From a virus, in IMG/VR virus record IMGVR_UViG_3300035701_000011, positions 33,146-97,145 of that record: DNA of 64,000 nucleotides. One strand, given 5' to 3'. Below, in pieces: positions 62,251 to 64,000 of this stretch (positions within the stretch are counted from its first letter, which is position 1; every line of letters starts with the position of its first letter). The translations under genes and the position numbers were made by a program. The notes under the pieces were generated by a model. It saw only the letters and a program-made list of their open reading frames with translations. It did no database searches and had not been told where the DNA came from.

Positions 62251-62272
62251 ATTGTTACTCCTTACTTTATTA
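62251..62272 (-). repeat. 22-bp exact repeat, copy 2
   Basis: Identical to 50798-50819. Confidence 0.8.
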
Positions 62273-62523
62273 CTCTATAAAGAAATTTAGTTATACCAGA
62301 TATGTCTGTAATAATTTTTTATAATTGGCGATAACTTGTTCTTTCTGTTTCTGTAATTCGTCTATTTTTGTCTGATAATCATTGATAATTGTTATTTTAT
62401 TAGCATTTACTTTAGTATCTTCTGTTACTAATAAAGTATCTCTTTCAGAAATAAGTTCATCTAATTTCATAGTTATACTATCTACTTCAATTTTTGAAAG
62501 AATAACTATTTCTTCATTTTCAG

Positions 62524-63246
62524 TCATTTTGTTTTTCTCCTTTTACAATACATTAATCCGATTATTATTATTCCTAAAATTCCAGTAATTGTTCTATGAA
62601 ATGGTAAATCGATGATACCTTGTAACAATAAACATAGATAACTTATAGAAAGATAATCATATCCTATCCACTTTAATGGTAAAAGTATTAAAAATAAAAT
62701 TATCATCATTTTTAATACTCCAAATTCATAAAATCCTTGAATTAAATCTGACTCAACAAATTTTGTACCTTTTTTTATAACTGTTCCATTTTCAATTATT
62801 GATTTATTTTGTGGCAACTTTGAAAATGTATTTATTCCCTCGCCTATCCAAATATGTTTCCAATTACTTAAAGTATAATCATAAAGTTCAATTCTTGTCT
62901 TAAAATCTTTAAACAAATTTCTATTTTGGTTTAGAAAATTTCCTCCAATCATTCCAAATAAAATACCAAAGATAATTATAAATATTGCTAATAATCTATT
63001 TTTTTGCCAGGATTTTATTAATAAAAATAACCCTATACATTCCCATCCTATCCAACTTCCACCTTTTGCCATAGCAATTAAACATATTACTATACTCCAT
63101 ATTTTTAATAACTTATTTTTTATAGTGAATAATATAGGAAATCCCATTCCAATAATAAAGGGATAAGTCTTTGGAATATAAATTATTCCTTGTGGTAACA
63201 AAGATAAATATGCTATCATCATTATAATAAATTTAATTATTTTCAT
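62524..63246 (-). CDS. O-antigen ligase/polymerase (Wzy_C)-like membrane protein
   Basis: Multi-TM; R..LY, IG.G.NTF, ESD..Q...EFG, DLPFH. Confidence 0.6.
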   Translation of the reverse strand: MKIIKFIIMMIAYLSLLPQGIIYIPKTYPFIIGMGFPILFTIKNKLLKIWSIVICLIAMAKGGSWIGWECIGLFLLIKSWQKNRLLAIFIIIFGILFGMIGGNFLNQNRNLFKDFKTRIELYDYTLSNWKHIWIGEGINTFSKLPQNKSIIENGTVIKKGTKFVESDLIQGFYEFGVLKMMIILFLILLPLKWIGYDYLSISYLCLLLQGIIDLPFHRTITGILGIIIIGLMYCKRRKTK

Positions 63247-63471
63247 AATTTAAACATAATCAAATTTTTAAAATTTAAAATAAATACTTCTTCTATTGTT
63301 GTTAATGCCATTGTTCTATAAAAGGTCCTTTGAAGTTCAGAATAACTTTTCTTCATTGACGCAGAATTATTAAAAATAATAAGTAATGATGTTAAAAATA
63401 TAATTAATATTTCAATTTTCTTTTTTAGTAAGTAATAAGAAAAATTAATAATCATTTATTTCTCCATTTCA

Positions 63472-64000
63472 TTATTGAAAAAATAATCTAATATCAAGAC
63501 CTCTTGTTCCTGTTCCTGCCACATCTACATCTATTCTTATCTGGTCTCCAGTTTGTACATCATCGGCTGTTGTATCTATCACAGGTTGTACATTCGCATT
63601 ATTAGAATTCCATTCATTTTCGTCTATAGTAATACGAGTAGAAAGCATATCAACATAAGTCATTCCCGAGGTTGGAGTAGCAGGGCGACCTCTGGTTATC
63701 TGAATAGTAGGAGTTCCCGATGAAGAACGAGTATATACATTTGCTTCTATTCCGATTAAATTTAATCCATTTAAATTGGCTGTAATAGTAACATATCTTT
63801 GTCCGTCGCCAGTAACAACTAAAGTTGCTTCTTCAAAAACTCTTAAATAATATCCCTTTACTCCTGTTGGTCCAGTCGGACCTGTTGGTCCAGTCGGACC
63901 TACTACGGTAGAGTCAGCTCCTGTGGGTCCTGTTGCACCTGTTGGTCCAGTCGGACCTACTACGGTAGAGTCAGCTCCTGTGGGTCCTGTTGCACCTGTT
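63472..64000 (-). CDS. Collagen-like (GPT-repeat) protein, C-terminal part; starts beyond the window
   Basis: Minus frame open from 63999: [19 protein letters not shown] repeats, then a beta domain continuous with ORF 63472-63663. Confidence 0.85.
   Translation of the reverse strand, partial: TGATGPTGADSTVVGPTGPTGATGPTGADSTVVGPTGPTGPTGPTGVKGYYLRVFEEATLVVTGDGQRYVTITANLNGLNLIGIEANVYTRSSSGTPTIQITRGRPATPTSGMTYVDMLSTRITIDENEWNSNNANVQPVIDTTADDVQTGDQIRIDVDVAGTGTRGLDIRLFFQ
63886..63999. repeat. 57-bp perfect tandem repeat, two copies visible
   Basis: 63886-63942 is identical to 63943-63999; adjacent 18-bp GPTGPT repeats. Confidence 0.9.

Noticed and set aside
45-62588. Short opposite-strand ORFs in the track (e.g. 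446-751, 12754-12999, 48518-48808, 58184-58453)
   Set aside because: They lie antisense to well-supported genes, against the arm orientation, with no motifs.
1-64000. Stop-codon reassignment
   Set aside because: Core genes are full length in the standard code; TAA, TAG and TGA all end genes at coupled junctions; the breaks in polB and sbcC involve inserted ORFs.
63860-64000. CRISPR array
   Set aside because: Repeats are contiguous, multiples of 3 and encode collagen, with no unique spacers.

Overview
Very AT-rich segment of a large tailed bacteriophage (siphovirus-like; bacterial host inferred from bacterial-type RecA, SSB, peptide deformylase, ClpP and AGGAG ribosome-binding sites; standard genetic code). 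It has two convergent arms that meet at about 39.1 kb. The + arm (1-39128) carries replication and recombination genes (prim-pol/helicase, RecA, two resolvases, PolB, SSB, SbcCD), terminase, two PAPS-reductase-family genes, a protease/protein-maturation cluster and a ~12 kb glycan-modification cluster. The - arm (39109-64000) carries a collagen-like protein, an O-antigen-ligase-like protein, portal, protease/scaffold, capsid, neck, tail and tape-measure genes and a tRNA-Thr. Main observations: (1) eight free-standing HNH genes with no intron or intein around them, two of which split core genes (PolB in the thumb, SbcC/Rad50 at the zinc hook) into translationally coupled halves; (2) repeated degenerate duplications of gene junctions flanking accessory genes, suggesting a gene-insertion mechanism; (3) a candidate phage-encoded protein-glycosylation and phosphodiester-decoration pathway with a Thr-rich collagen as a plausible substrate; (4) a portal-ChaB fusion. 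All product calls come from motif recognition by eye; no searches were run.
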